From positions 27,146,213 through 27,210,212 of the forward strand of contig OZ234493.1 of the NCBI GenBank assembly GCA_965153455.1: a stretch of 64,000 nt of DNA. The letters run 5' to 3'. Every line of letters starts with the position of its first letter. Position 1 is the first letter of the stretch. A model generated the notes under the pieces. That model was not told the origin of the DNA. It was given only the letters and a program-made list of their open reading frames with translations, and did no database searches. This document shows positions 13,401-26,700 of this stretch, in pieces. Source of the DNA: Sphagnum compactum (taxonomy: Eukaryota). The translations under genes were made by a program, and so were the position numbers.

Positions 13401-16234
13401 TCCACACTCACATTGAGAAGCTCCTCCATACACACACACACACACACACACTCTTGTGAGGCCGCTCCAAAACAACCTCTATTCTTGGCCTGATCTTGTT
13501 GCTAGTGCTCTTGCTACCCCTCCTTGTGACACTCTTGTTCGTTGCTACTAGGAACTCCTCCTCCTGAGGAGGAGTAGCTAAGCTTGCCTCCTCTTGTTGG
13601 TGGAGCTTGCTAAAAGCTAAGAGCGATGGTAGATGGTCGCAAATTAGGGTTGGGAGGAATGCAAGGAATGTGAGACAAGGGAAAAGGTAGGTGAGAAGGG
13701 GGTTAAGAAGTGGGAAGGAGTAGGGGATGAATGGGCAATCAAGGGGTAAAAGGTAGGTGAGGACTCAAGTGGGGCAGAAAAGAACCAAAAGAAACATATA
13801 TTAAACCCAAATGAGGGTGAACTCTATGGATGAAAGTTTGATTTCATCCATCTTTGACTCACCCTATAGTCACATTTGTCTTCTTATATATAATGAGAAC
13901 ATCTTTTCCTAGAGTTCCTAACATGATTAACTACATATTTTCAAGCTACTTGCAACTCCCCCTGTAAAGCAATAAACAAGGCCTTATGTCAATGGCTTTC
14001 CATTAAGCTGTTGTGATCGCATCATGTTGTGTGTAACTATGATCAAAGTAGTAGCCTGATGGAAAGAGACCCTTAAAGAACAAAAGCTATTGGGAACATG
14101 TTGAGAACTTCAAGAGCACATGAGGAACATCATTGGGAACTTGTTGGGTGGACACACAAGGTAGTTAGATAATTGGAATAGGTTTTCCCATCCCTTTCTC
14201 TTTTTGATATGCTTGTTGGGTGCTCGAATATGATTTGTTCCCGAGTCCCCATTGTGACCCACTTTGGGTTTTGTCCTTCTAGCTTGGACTTGGGTCCTCG
14301 CTCTTTGTTCCATCTTCCCCCCTTTGCTTGGGTGCTTTGTTTATTGGTGTTTGCCATAGGTTTTGTCCTTCTAGCTTGAACTTGGGTGCTCTCTCTTTGT
14401 TGGGTCTTTTCCCCCTTGCCTGGGTGCTTTGTTGGCCTTGCCTACGAAGGCAAGGATATTGTGTTTAGATTCATTATAGAGTATAGTAGCTTAATGGATT
14501 TTGGCCCCTAGGTAATAATAATAGGTCTATTTTTATATGAGGATTTTTGAAAGATGATATTTTTGACTTGTGTTGAAACTTGAGATTAGTTATTATAGAG
14601 TTATAATAATATCTTGAAGGATTTTGGTTTCTTTTAGAGGATTTTTTGAAGATTATATTTTTGCTATGGTGCTATATTTGAGTTTCCATAATTCTTCTTT
14701 TGCTTTAAGATACTTTTTAATGTAAATGGCAAGGCCATAGTGTGACACACCCCCCTTGTTTGATGGGTGTTTGCCAGGGTTTCACAATAGGTAGGTTGAA
14801 GAAGAATTTGAGAAAGAAAAAAAAGCAGGTGCTTCAAAGTACCTGGATGTCATTAGTTGTTAGCTTCAAGCCAAAAAAATTCCATCCCAAATCCTACAAC
14901 AAATGCCTAAGTCTCTTCCCTCTTAGTTAAGAGAGCCAATAGGTAACATGAATACTCAATGGAGGTGGTTTTATTGCCACCTTCAGGACATGAAGAAATG
15001 TTTTACTTGTACTCACTAAACTCACCCCTCATTAGATGAGTAGAAAATTTATTTCTTGACCTATGAACATTACCCCTTTTTGCCTATTGTGTTGCAAGGG
15101 ACAATGAGGTGGGGGAAATAGTATGCCCTAATCTCTCTATTTAGGGTTTAGGTCCATAAATTGTGGTAAAGTGTTGTCTCATCTCTCTAGACCTTATATA
15201 CATGCCCAAGCTGGCAATTACACTTGGTATATATCCAAATGTTTCTTCATATAAATTCCTATATTGAAACAAAATTTTGTGAAAAAAATAAAATGAAGCC
15301 ACGGTGTTGAAAGCCATCATGTTTATGTGAAGCTATAGAATGCATAATTTCATTACTCATGCCAAGAATCAAGATATAATAATAGATTTATTGTAGATGA
15401 TTAAAACTATAATAAATACTTCAAAAACTAAAATGTGGAAATCAATTTTTATAGAAATAATTATCCATCTTGCCAATGGGAAAGCTGACCCTAGGGCCTA
15501 GGCTATGGTAGTTTATAAGCATATAGTGGTTTCACCAAAAGTGTCAAAACAAGTTGGTTCTATCATATCATGGCAAAAAGTTCGGCATGATTATTATTTC
15601 TTTATTTATTTATATTTTTGGTGTGGGTGTGTTTCCTTTTGGCCTGCTTGTTAAACCCTAAACCCTTTACACAAAAGAAGGGCTGGGGCACTCTCCCATC
15701 TCCTCCTAGTCTCCTAAATCTAAATGTTTAGCTGATTTTCAATAGAGAAAGTTTCTTGGATTCTTTGGGGAAAATGTGAGATGAACATGTATATTGAACA
15801 TGTAAATAGAACTAGGAACCTTGAGAACTGAAGATTTTGCAAAAATCCAGATCTGGAATTTCTTTGGATTCTAAAAGTTTAGAAACGCAAAACCAGAGGG
15901 AGGTTCAGCTTCTTAACAAAGTCCAAGAAGAACCGCGCAACATTAATGTATTAATGTATTTGGAGGGCACCTTACATCCAGGAATATCCCTGCTATAAAA
16001 GAGGGAGGATATTACACCTACTCCCGAAGAGTGCAAGGGATCATAGGGATGCGCATTCACATGTTCCGCGTAAAGAAGTAGCACACAATACACATGCTAC
16101 ATTTTGAATAGCTTCAATTTGACTAGGTGAACTTGATAACAATGACAAATTCCATATATTATAGAGTTATCTGTAAAGTCACCCTCTCTTTCAACCCCTA
16201 TTCTGTCTGTTCTCACACCCTATCCCGACTTTCT

Positions 16235-16392
16235 GTGGTATTTGTGAAGTAAGGAAATTTTATTAAATCTCAGTATGAAATGCTGAAACTCAGCATTTTA
16301 ATGCACAAGGTTTGAGAATAACGATAGTAGTTGTACAAGTAGGAGTAGTGAAAATATATGTAGCATCCGTGGAGGCGCTCAAGAAAAAGGAA
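16235..16392. repeat. Dispersed repeat; inverted homologue at ~45355-45535
   Basis: GAAATGCTGAAACTCAGCATT..TAATGCACAAGGTT..TTGTACA.GTAGGAG.AGTGAAAATATATGTA..GGAGGCGCTCA.GAAAAAGGAAA matches the reverse complement of 45355-45535. Confidence 0.75.
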
Positions 16393-18929
16393 ATTACCAC
16401 CAAAATTGGTTGAAAAACTAGTTTGGGTCCCATTTATTTCGTTCTTAAAATTCGCTTACACGTTTGATGCCCTATAATGCCGAACCAGTTTGGGTCCCAG
16501 TTATTTCGTTCTTAAAATTTGCATTACCAGTTACACATTTGATTGCCCTATTATGCCGAAATCGGCCATTCGTGCCCCCTAATCGCCTTTCTGTACGATT
16601 AACATTTATATCTCCAAATTTTTTTTGTTTTTTTGGGTGATGCAAGGTACAAAGTATAATTGTATAAAATTATGGTGATTATTATTCTCCACCACCAATT
16701 GTGTTTAGTTCATATAGCATGACAATTTTTTTTTCCCAACTACTTTTTTTTTTCCCTCAACCACTCTTTTGACATAAAATGTGAAAAACGTAGGTCCGTA
16801 CATGCCATATTTTCCAAGGCCAACACCTACTCCGTACCTACATTTAACACATTCTTGAGATATCCCAACAACATTGGGTTTGAAACTTCTAGAACCTTTA
16901 TTCCACAACAGGTTTAGACCCTTGAGCAAAGTCTCTAAAAAATCATTGAATCAAATTTGATGCTTAACCCGGGCAAAGAACCAGGTCAAAGAAACTGCCC
17001 TTAACTGTTGGTTCTTTGGGAGAACCTCCAGTTCTTCTTTTAAAATTTTCAAACCCTTGGAGCTAGATGTTCTTTTAATTCTAAAATTGAAATACGAGTT
17101 TTTAAAATGTTCAAAAAACCAAAACCGGAGGTTCTTCCATTAGGATATGGAATCGGAGGTTTTCAACAATAAAAATCAAGGATTTCCCAACCATTGTTTG
17201 GACTAGTGTGAGGTGGGTATGTCTATTTTACCATACCGGTTGGGTACTAATATTAAAGTTTTTTTTTCAATTTAGACATTGGGTAAAAACATTATAATGT
17301 TTTTTCAAATAGACATATCATGCATGTCTATTTAACAACATACATGTTTTGGGGACATCTCAATTATGGACATGAATAACCAACAACCTCATATCAATCG
17401 GTATGAGATATGCATATTCGTATCAATATGAATATGACTCTTTCAAAAGAGGAAAGCTCTCGGTATGAACATGTATCATTATCTCTTTTTATTTGCCAAA
17501 ACCTTATATACTAGACCAACATTCGTTTGGACTAAGGTTTGGGGTGGACCAATTTCGGTTGGTTCTTTCTTTCCAAAAAGAGAATCTCTAATCTTAATTT
17601 CAACAATAAAAATAATTTTTGGTAGGTTTTTTATGCATGTGTTTTAAGTTCAATTCTTCAAGATTTTTATACCTTGCATTTATTGGTTTTGGTACCTTAT
17701 TTCAAATTCAAAAACTTGTGGGTCCAATTTGAAAAATTAAGTATGATTTGAAAATTAGATTTGGGATGAAAACATATTATGGAGAACCAAAAATGTTTTC
17801 ACATTTTATTATTTTTCAAGGGTACCATGTTTGAACTTCAACCATGTGATTATTATGAACAATGGTCAATATTTTTACATATTATGCTAAGTCAATGCTA
17901 CAAAAATAATATTTTTTGTTTTTTGTGAGATGATATTAAAATGTATTTGCACAAAACAAAATGTATGTGCAATTTTTTTAAAAAACAATTCAATAAATTA
18001 TTGCAATGAATTTTAATCTTTATGAAATTTGTAATCTTTATTAAACATTAAGATTCCATATGATTGTTTGTGAGTTGTGTAAAAAGTTTAATAATTATCA
18101 TATTACAAATGGGTTTTTAAAATAAAAATGATTACAAATATGTGATATATTAAAATTTGACAACTAATCATTTTCAAATGAAAGTTGACAAGAATGTGAG
18201 ATGAAACATTTTTAAAAAATCCATTAAAAGTTTTTTTAAAACTAATTCAAACAAAAATCTAATGCAATTTAAAATAAGAAATGAATTATATTATGTTTTC
18301 ATATAACATAAATATACTCATTATTTTTAAATTTAATTTTTATAAATTTTTAATTTTTTCAAATAATATTAAATAACATTAGCTTTGTGAAAATTAAAAT
18401 TAAAAACCCAAACACCAAAAATGAGACCCAAAATTAAACATAACACGTTTTAAAGATGCATACTTTATTTATGCACATGTCATGAAAGTGTCAAGTTGAC
18501 ACCTAATGTGCTTTCACCCTTTGATTCCATGTCCACTTAACACACTTTCAAAAATTAAAATTTGAAAATTAAATTAAAAAAAAGAAAAAAAATACCCATC
18601 ACTGGGAAAGTTGAAGAATTTAGATTTCTATGTGCAAAATAGGCTGGTTAGGCACTAAATCAATTATTTTTAGAATTTTCAATTTTTTTGAAAATTACCT
18701 ACCTCTCATGCTGAAAATCTGAAAGAAACTCTCAAGCACACTTGCTTCATTATTTAGTATAGTGCCTAATTTGTGAAAAATAAAAATAAAAATATAATTA
18801 TTATTGCCAAAATTAAATATGTATGTTTTTATTATTAGGCACTTTCTGCTGAATCAGCCCAGGTACTATGGTATCCCTTCAAGTCATATGGGCCAAGATA
18901 AGTCATCCACTCATCTCAATAGACAGTGG

Positions 18930-19560
18930 CATTTTTTTTTAAACTGGCAAAGTTTCGCCAAAAAGAGAAATTCCAAAATTACAAATCTAAAAAAAAGAAG
19001 TGATTTTCAAGGTTTTTAGTCACCAGAAACTGAGGAAAGCAAAAAAATAAAATAAAATAAAGTAAAAAAATAAACTCAACAGATTTGAATACCTATTTAG
19101 TTTTCATTGTGTAGCCAAAGATAATATAGAGAAGGGATGATCAAAGCTTTGTACTTTTATTTCTGGCTTCTACATAGCCACATTTGGCTAAATCTTTCCT
19201 AGGGATGATTGGCACTTTGGCTATGAACAAAAATTCATAAAAAAAAACACATGTATGTTGAGGCTTACCAGAATGCACAAAGTAGAAACACTCAAAATTT
19301 TGCCAAATTTCAATGTGAAAAATTATAATTTCAACTTATATAAAGGATTTTTCATGAAAAAAAAGAGTCGTATTTGCCAGATTTCAAAGAAAAATAAATC
19401 CAAATCGCCAGATTTTTATGATAAGCTCTAGTTGGTCCCCAAGAACATAGAAGGATTTTTTATTTTTTTGGGCTACTTTCATATCTAGTATATAGCCAAA
19501 TTTTGGCTAAATTATTTTCTTGATAATCACCACTTTGACTACATCACAAAATCCTTAAAA
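18930..19560. repeat. AT-rich dispersed repeat family (TAGCCAAA / TTTGGCTA / TCGCCAGATTT motifs), with related copies at ~380-600 and ~45885-46060
   Basis: Shared motifs GTAGCCAAA(AATATA)..AAGGA, TTTGGCTAC, ACTTTCATA and AATCGCCAGATTT across the three regions. Boundaries are approximate. Confidence 0.5.
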
Positions 19561-22024
19561 AAGGAACCCAACAAATTTGCAAATTTAGTGGCAAAGGAAC
19601 ACTTGTTTGTTGAGTAATAAATTTTTTTAAAAAAAGATTCCATGTCACAAATGGAATATTCCCAAAAGATCCTTATTTCCCTCGGCAAAAGGTTTTTAAA
19701 AAAAATTAAAATTATTTATTTATTTAAAAAATCTGTCTTCGACAATCTTTTTTTTTTTTTTTGGTTGAAAATTTCAAAAAAATTACAAATAATGTAATTA
19801 GTGTTGAAGCTGCCAAGGTACTACGGTAAGTGATTTTGTTGGATTTAGTCCTAAATTTTCAAGAATGGTGTTACAAAATATCTTTGTGATTTCTTGTCTT
19901 ATGCAATAATTAATAAAGGAAAGGGGGGGGAACACGAGGGTTAATGACCTTTTCACTTCAGTAATTTTTTTAGGCTTGATGCTTTAGACTTGCTTCAATT
20001 CATCACATTTGTGTAACTAATTTTCTATGCAAATATCGTCTTATCTTGGTATCTTTTCGCATAAATTATATTATTTTCAAAAAATACTGAAAATTTCAAC
20101 ACATACGTAATTTTTCTAAAGATTTTTTTTTTTTTGCGAAGGAAAATGAACAATCTTTTGAAATATTCAGTAATATTCAATTTCTCAAAGTGGAACCTTC
20201 AAAGTTAAAATTAATCATGTCGGCACGGACGCGATGAAGCTGCCCCCATCCGATGGTCCAGCCTGCTCATAAATGAAATCGGATATGTGTTGTTATTATT
20301 GTAATCAAATTTTTCTGTAGAGTTCTCGTGGGTTTTTTGCTTGAAATTTTTGTGGAACGTGCTTTTTAGGATTTGTGAATACTTTACTCATAAGGTCAGT
20401 TTCATCATTAAATAATCTTTGAAATAGTGGGAAATGAATTTTTATTAATATATATGAATTTGAGGTGTTGCAAAGGTTTTGGAGTGCATTCAATTGGCCA
20501 ATAGATGTAACAAGCTAAAAAAAATTTTGAATAATATTTCACTCTTTCTATGACAATATCATAGTGGAATAGATCATGGGGAAAAAAATTCAAATTTACA
20601 AAAAAATATTTTTGAAAAATATTAATTATTGATTTTTTTGGTCAAGGTGAAATCTGATCTTCTAGGCTACAATATTTTCTTTGTTTTGGAATTATCTTTG
20701 AAAGGCTTGTTGTTTTGGGACATTTTAAAGGTTGTGTTTAAAAACAATTGTTTCGAAATCATGAAATTTCATGTTTTGTGTGCGTATTTCAGATTGGGAA
20801 TTTGGCACCCATTATTATTGTAGGTCGCTTTATTTTCAAACGCGAAACATATTCTTGTGTACCATGGATGGCAAGGTTCGACACAAATTATATCCTTTTT
20901 CAAGAATGTTGAAAATTTCCAAAAATTAAAATTTTCAAAAAAATATTGTTTTTTGAAGGGAAATAGAGAAATCTTGGTGAATAATATTTTGAAATATTTC
21001 TTTTTAAAAATTGAAAATGTAATCTTCAAAATAAAAATAATTATTCAACACTAAAAATTGTTGAAATTGCCAGGGTATTATGGTATAAGGCCCCCCACAC
21101 ACACACCCAAAAAAAATAAAATTTGCAATTTTTTTTTCTTAGCTCCCTTATAATATCCCATGAATGAACGATGTCCCAATTTTTTCACAAAAGGAAGTTT
21201 GAATCTCGTTGGAAAATACAATTCCGGAAACCATCCATCTTTCGATCAAAAACAAAATTGTTCAAAGTTTGACGGCCCCAACTTCCGGCCATTGTTCAAG
21301 GTTCGACTTGTTGATTGTATTCAAGTCAGGATTAGCTGAATGCTCTCCCATCCTCCTCACGTTCGGAAGGTTCTCTTGATTCCTCCGTCACTTTTGCGAG
21401 AATTTCTTGCTGAAAATGGGGAGGAGCCGGAGGGTTTAGGGAGGGTGGGGAAAGGGGGGGGGGGGGGTTGGAGTACCTTCTCATCTAAAAAATTCCACCA
21501 TATTTAGGAAGTTACCAAATGAGAAAAAAAAATTCGCTAAAAAAATTCAATTAATTTTTTAAAAAATAAAATAAAATATATTTTCTTCATTTAATTTCAA
21601 ATAAACGCACCCAATCAAATCCAATAATGGAGCTAGTTTCTTAGAATTACAATTTCTTTTTAAAATAATAATAATAATAATAATATTTTTGGGGTCCTAC
21701 TAGTTAAGCCTGGCCTTATGACGTAGCGTAGGGACAAAAGCCACCCCAAATGTTTATTTATTTTTATTTGAGAAAAAAAACAGGAGAGAAAGAGAGAGGA
21801 CGCGGCAGTAGGTCGTGGGCGCCGAGGAACCCGTTCACATTATGCGACGGCCACCCTAAATGTACATGGGCGGTGGACTCAATTATCCTCTAGTTTATTC
21901 CCACGTCAGCGAAGAAACCAACTTTGCCCTACACAAGATCGCCATATCAGTTCAACACTTTGGGGATAATTTAGGATCTCGATTTCAGTTGGTAACCAGT
22001 TGCGTGTCGACACGTGTTCTACTG

Positions 22025-22610
22025 GAATTGGCATCTCGATTGATGGCCATGTTCCTTAACCGGATGGGATGATCTCAATAGATGGCCACGATGGGCCGAT
22101 GGGGAAACTCATCTCGCTTCTTGAATTGGGATCTCAATGGATGGCCATATTTTATTGGTTTGAGCCAATGGGGGGAAAGCCAACTCGCTGCACGAATTTG
22201 GGATCTCAATGAATGGCCATGTTGGTTGAGCCAATGGGAGGTGCTCTGGCTGCTCGAATCGGGGTCTCAATAGACGCCTTTGATGGCCAGATTGGAAATC
22301 ATCTCGCTCCTCGAATCGGGATCTCAATAATGGCCAAGTTAGTTGAAAGCTCTCGTGGGAACTCATCCTTCTTTTCGAATTCGGATCTCAATAGAGGGCA
22401 GTATGTTTAGTTGAGCCAATGGGAACTAATCTGGCTTCTCGAATTGGGATCTCAATAGATGGCCATGTAAGTTGAGCCAATGGGATCTCGTCTGGCTTCT
22501 CGAATTTGGGATTTCAATGGATGGCGATGTTGGTTGAGAGCCCAAGGGGAAACGCTTCTCGATTCTGGAATCGGGATCTCGTATGGCTTATGGAATTGGG
22601 ATCTCGATCG
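22025..22610. repeat. Minisatellite of ~60-bp units (~10 copies) immediately upstream of RKP
   Basis: GAATTGGGATCTCAAT(A/G)GATGGCCA-like head recurs at about 22025, 22123, 22194, 22256, 22313, 22377, 22441, 22502, 22568 and 22593, often followed by GTTGAGCCAATGGG. Confidence 0.85.
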
Positions 22611-23751
22611 GTAAGCAGATGGTTTTCGTCCAATGGGGTGTCGTCTCGCACCTTTCGCCGCCGGGGGGCAGGGCGGGCGCACGGGTGGGGACGGAGCTGC
22701 CCGGGCGACGGAAAGCACCTTTGCTGCATCCTCGGAGCACCACGACTCTGCACTTTGTCGCTGTGGCCCTCCCTCTCTCCCTCTCTCTCACTGTGTCTCT
22801 GTGCGCGCGCTCGTCGTCGTCATCGTCGTCCTTTCGCGTTCCTTTTTGGATTCCTGTTGTGTTCTGTCTCGTGGCTTGTGCAACCTGGAGATTTTCGTCG
22901 CCGGCTGTGCTGGTGGTGGCTGACGTCTGATAATAAACCCCTCCCCCCCCGTTTTTCCCCCTTTGGAGAGGTATTAACGCAGTTTGCTTACGGATGGACT
23001 GACGAAGAGCAAGGAAGCAAGCAAGGGCGGGGGGGTCGTTTGTGAAACGCGTCACTGCGTTGATTTCCAGTTTCAAGATTTGCGTACATAGTACACACTC
23101 TCCACTGACGCCTTTCCCTTTTGTGTTTTTCAGTTTCTGTTGGTTGCGTTCTAACGATAAACAGCGGCGGTGCCGAGTTCTTCGATTTCTGGAATTTGTG
23201 TGCAAGAGAAGAGAAGCGCAAGAGAGATTTTGGCGTTCTTTTCTTTACATGGAGGGAATTCGTGTGTTGATGTAGGTGGTCCTTGTGATGGCTCGTGAAG
23301 AAACAAGTCCTTCTTCTTCTTTGGATATCAAGGCCGCCGCAAAAACTCTTGATTAGGGCGAGCGACAACATACATACTGTTTGCTTTTCTGATTCATAGC
23401 CGTCACTCTTTTGCTCGTAGATCTTCTTCGTCTGGGGTTCTCGGAGGGGCTTGCGGGACACTAGGGTTTGTCGGCTGTTGGGATTTGGAACCCAAAGGCT
23501 AGTAATAATAGAATGGAGAAGAGGTTTTAGCAGCCCGGATGATGACAACGGCACAAGGGGATGGCTGGCTGGCTGGCTGGGGTTTGCTGGTGATTTTCAA
23601 GGGATGTCTCTCTGCAGCAGCAGCTGTTGTAGTCTGACAAAGAATGTCTGTTGGTAGTGGTAGTAGTAGTAGTTGGTGCACTGGCAACTGAGCACACAAC
23701 AGGGGAGCAGCAAAAGGTGCACAGAGAGAGAGAGAGAGGCCTGTAATAAGG

Positions 23752-26700
23752 ATGTGGACAGATGTTGGTGTTCGGAAGGGTCGCCAACTGCAAAGAGCTA
23801 GAACTACCGGCTTGGCTGGCCTATTAGATGAAGAGCGGAACAGTGGAAAGGGTGTAGTTGTTGCAGCGGCTGCCATCTGTATGCATGATGACTGTAGCAG
23901 ATGGGGGGGGCTGGATCGGACCCTGGCACATGTTCTGGATGTGTCTCCTCCTCATGCTCCAGAAATCTCTTTCATCACAGATGACAAAATTGACTTGTTG
24001 AAAGTGCGATCATTTCTGAATGCACAATTGGATGCTATGCAAGATGATGTGAATGGAAGTGGTGGTGGTGCAACATCTGGTTGTTGTGGGTTGAGGGATG
24101 GTGTGTTCATCAACAACGGTCCTGCTGGGGAAGGAGTCGTTGCAATGGACAGTGAAAGCGCCTCTGGAGATATTAAGTTTGATAAATCATACCTTGTGTT
24201 GGAGAGTCAGACAATTTTCAGTAGTGCTCGCTCAAATGCGTGTGTTTGGAAAGGTCGATGGATGTTTGAAGCTACCTTAGGAACGGCAGGGATTCAACAG
24301 CTCGGTTGGGCAACTGTCTCATGTCCTTTCACTTATGAAGAAGGTGTCGGTGATGCGGTGGATTCGTATGCTTATGATGGCAAGAGAGTGCGTAAATGGA
24401 GTGAAGGCCACAAGATATATGGGCAGCCATGGGTTGCTGGTGATGTTATTGGCTGTTGCATAGATTTGGATGCAGGGCAGATCTCTTTCTTCAGAAATGG
24501 TTTTCCTCTTGGTGTGGCGTATGATGGTGTAAGAACACTGGAGCCTAAGCAGGGATACTTTCCAGCCATTTCTCTTTCTCATAGCGAGCGCTGTGAATTG
24601 AACTTTGGTGGGAGGCCGTTCAAGTATCCAGTTGATGGGTTCTTACCCATCCAGGCACCACCAACTGTGAAGGTTGGTGAGGGCAAAGATAGGTTGGGTT
24701 CAGCTACTGCGAGAGCAAAGTTCCTGCTTGGGTGTTTGCAAAGACTTGTGCAACTTGGTAGTCGGGAGGTGGCTGCTGCTATGGCACCTGTTGACAGGTT
24801 GAGGAGGCTTACTCCACTTGCAGACGATCACATTTCATCTATTGGTGCAGAAATTTGTGAATTGCTTTGGCCTTTGCTGCTTGCTGGGCCTGAAACAGCA
24901 GCTGTGAAAATTGCAACAGATGATGTTCGGCCACCAGGTGAGTATGTTGTTTGGGCGGCTCTAGTACCCTTCTTGTTGGAAACATATAGGCAAGAAGCGC
25001 CACATGATGCTCCCAGTGTCGACCAAGCTTTGGATCTTTTGCTTCCACGACTGGCAAGACAAGTTGCAGATGGCTCCCTTGTCACCATGCTGATGGAGGC
25101 GCTTGCCTATGGCTGTCGCACATCCCCATACTCATTGGCTAATCATCCGTACACTGGTGCCTATCCCTATTTGGCCTTAGCCTGTCACCTGCTGGAGCGG
25201 TATGATTTCATGGTGTTGTGGTGGACATCTAAAGGGTTTGACTTGTGCTTGGAGGGATTGCTCACTCGCAAAGGCCCCAACAAAAATGATCTTGAAGCTT
25301 TGATGCCCACTGTCTGGTGGCAAGGTTCCCGTGAGGACCTTTGCTCGGAGGGTAAAATGAGGCATGCAGCAACTGCTTTATCAAAGGCAATTGTCAAGGT
25401 CAGTCCTTTGCAATGGGAGAATCTAGAATGTTTTCTTACACATATTCAATATTCTACTTTAGTGGTGGATTTGAATCTTCAAAGTGGTGTTGTGGAGTGT
25501 TTCTCTTCCGTGTCATAGATCTTTTTGTGTTTGTATCTAAAACTCTAGGTTGAAGAGTTGCAATGGGAGCTCTGCCACCGTCTGCTTCACTTTATTCCAC
25601 CATCATCTGGTGAATCGCAACAGCAAGTGCCAGGTGTGGTTTTTCGAAGGTTCCTTCGGCATTTGGTGTGCAAGAATCGAGGGGCTAACAGGAGTATGGC
25701 ACCACCAGGCCTTTCAGATAACTCTGTGCTTGTTTCCACGTACTGTGTGCTTTTGCGGTTCTTGTCAGAGGGCCTTGGGACAGGAAAGGTTGGTGGTGAG
25801 TCTGTGGAAGGGAGCAAGGAGCATTCAGAAAATCATGTTGGGTTCCTTCACAGGTAAATACTGATTTTTTGCATCCAGGTTGATTTTAGCTGTTGGGATT
25901 GATGGTTTACAAGTGTGTAGTCATCTAATTTGATCTTTTGCACATGCAGGGAAGGCAAGCGTAGTTTTCCCATCAGCATTTTCTTGAAGGATGGCAGCAC
26001 AGCGGATTTTGCCCGATTGGGTGGAACATTCAGTCATCTTGTGAAAACATATCCTGCTGGAGTGGATATTCCAGAGGTGGAGTGGGTGGAGAGTAGCATG
26101 GATGAGGGAGAGGAACTTGTCCAACATGGAGGAAAACTTCAGCCTGCATGCTGTGCTGAGGTTACCATGAGTGGATTAGGCTGTGATACCAAGAGTCCTG
26201 CTAGAGCTCCAGCCAAGATTGTCACTGCTGGCTCAACAGCTGGGGTCAGCGAGAGGGCAACAAGTCCTCTCAGTAGTGATCACAATGGTCGCCCTTGTGA
26301 TGGGTGTGTGGAGGGCAAACCCAGCTCTAGTGGGAGAATGATGGACATAAGCTTGGAAGGTGCCACTGTGTTGCGCACTTACAAGAGGGCAGCTGGTTTC
26401 AAGCCTATTAAAGAGCTCTCAGAGGCCATCCGAGAGGAAGAGTTGCTTGACATCATGGTGTTGCTGTATCATCTTGGTCTTGCTCAAAACTTCAAGCAGG
26501 TATGCCGAAACAAATCAAGCAAAACACGTCAGGTTTCTCTTTCATCTGTGATCATGGTGGCTGATGGTGCATGTGACCCATGAGCTCATCATGGGTTGCT
26601 GAAAGGATTTTGCTAAACCAAATGTTTTGGTGGGTACATAGGCTTCATTCTATATGCAACATCAGATGCAATCGATTGCACAACTTGATGACACAGATCG

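Noticed and set aside
22025-22610. CRISPR-like repeat/spacer appearance
   Set aside because: Repeats are degenerate, the 'spacers' are homologous to one another, there are no cas genes, and the context is a eukaryotic promoter; treated as a minisatellite.
22452-23876. Long ORFs (179, 205, 188, 125 aa) around the RKP 5' region
   Set aside because: Low-complexity GC/CT-rich promoter and leader sequence open in many frames; no recognisable domains.
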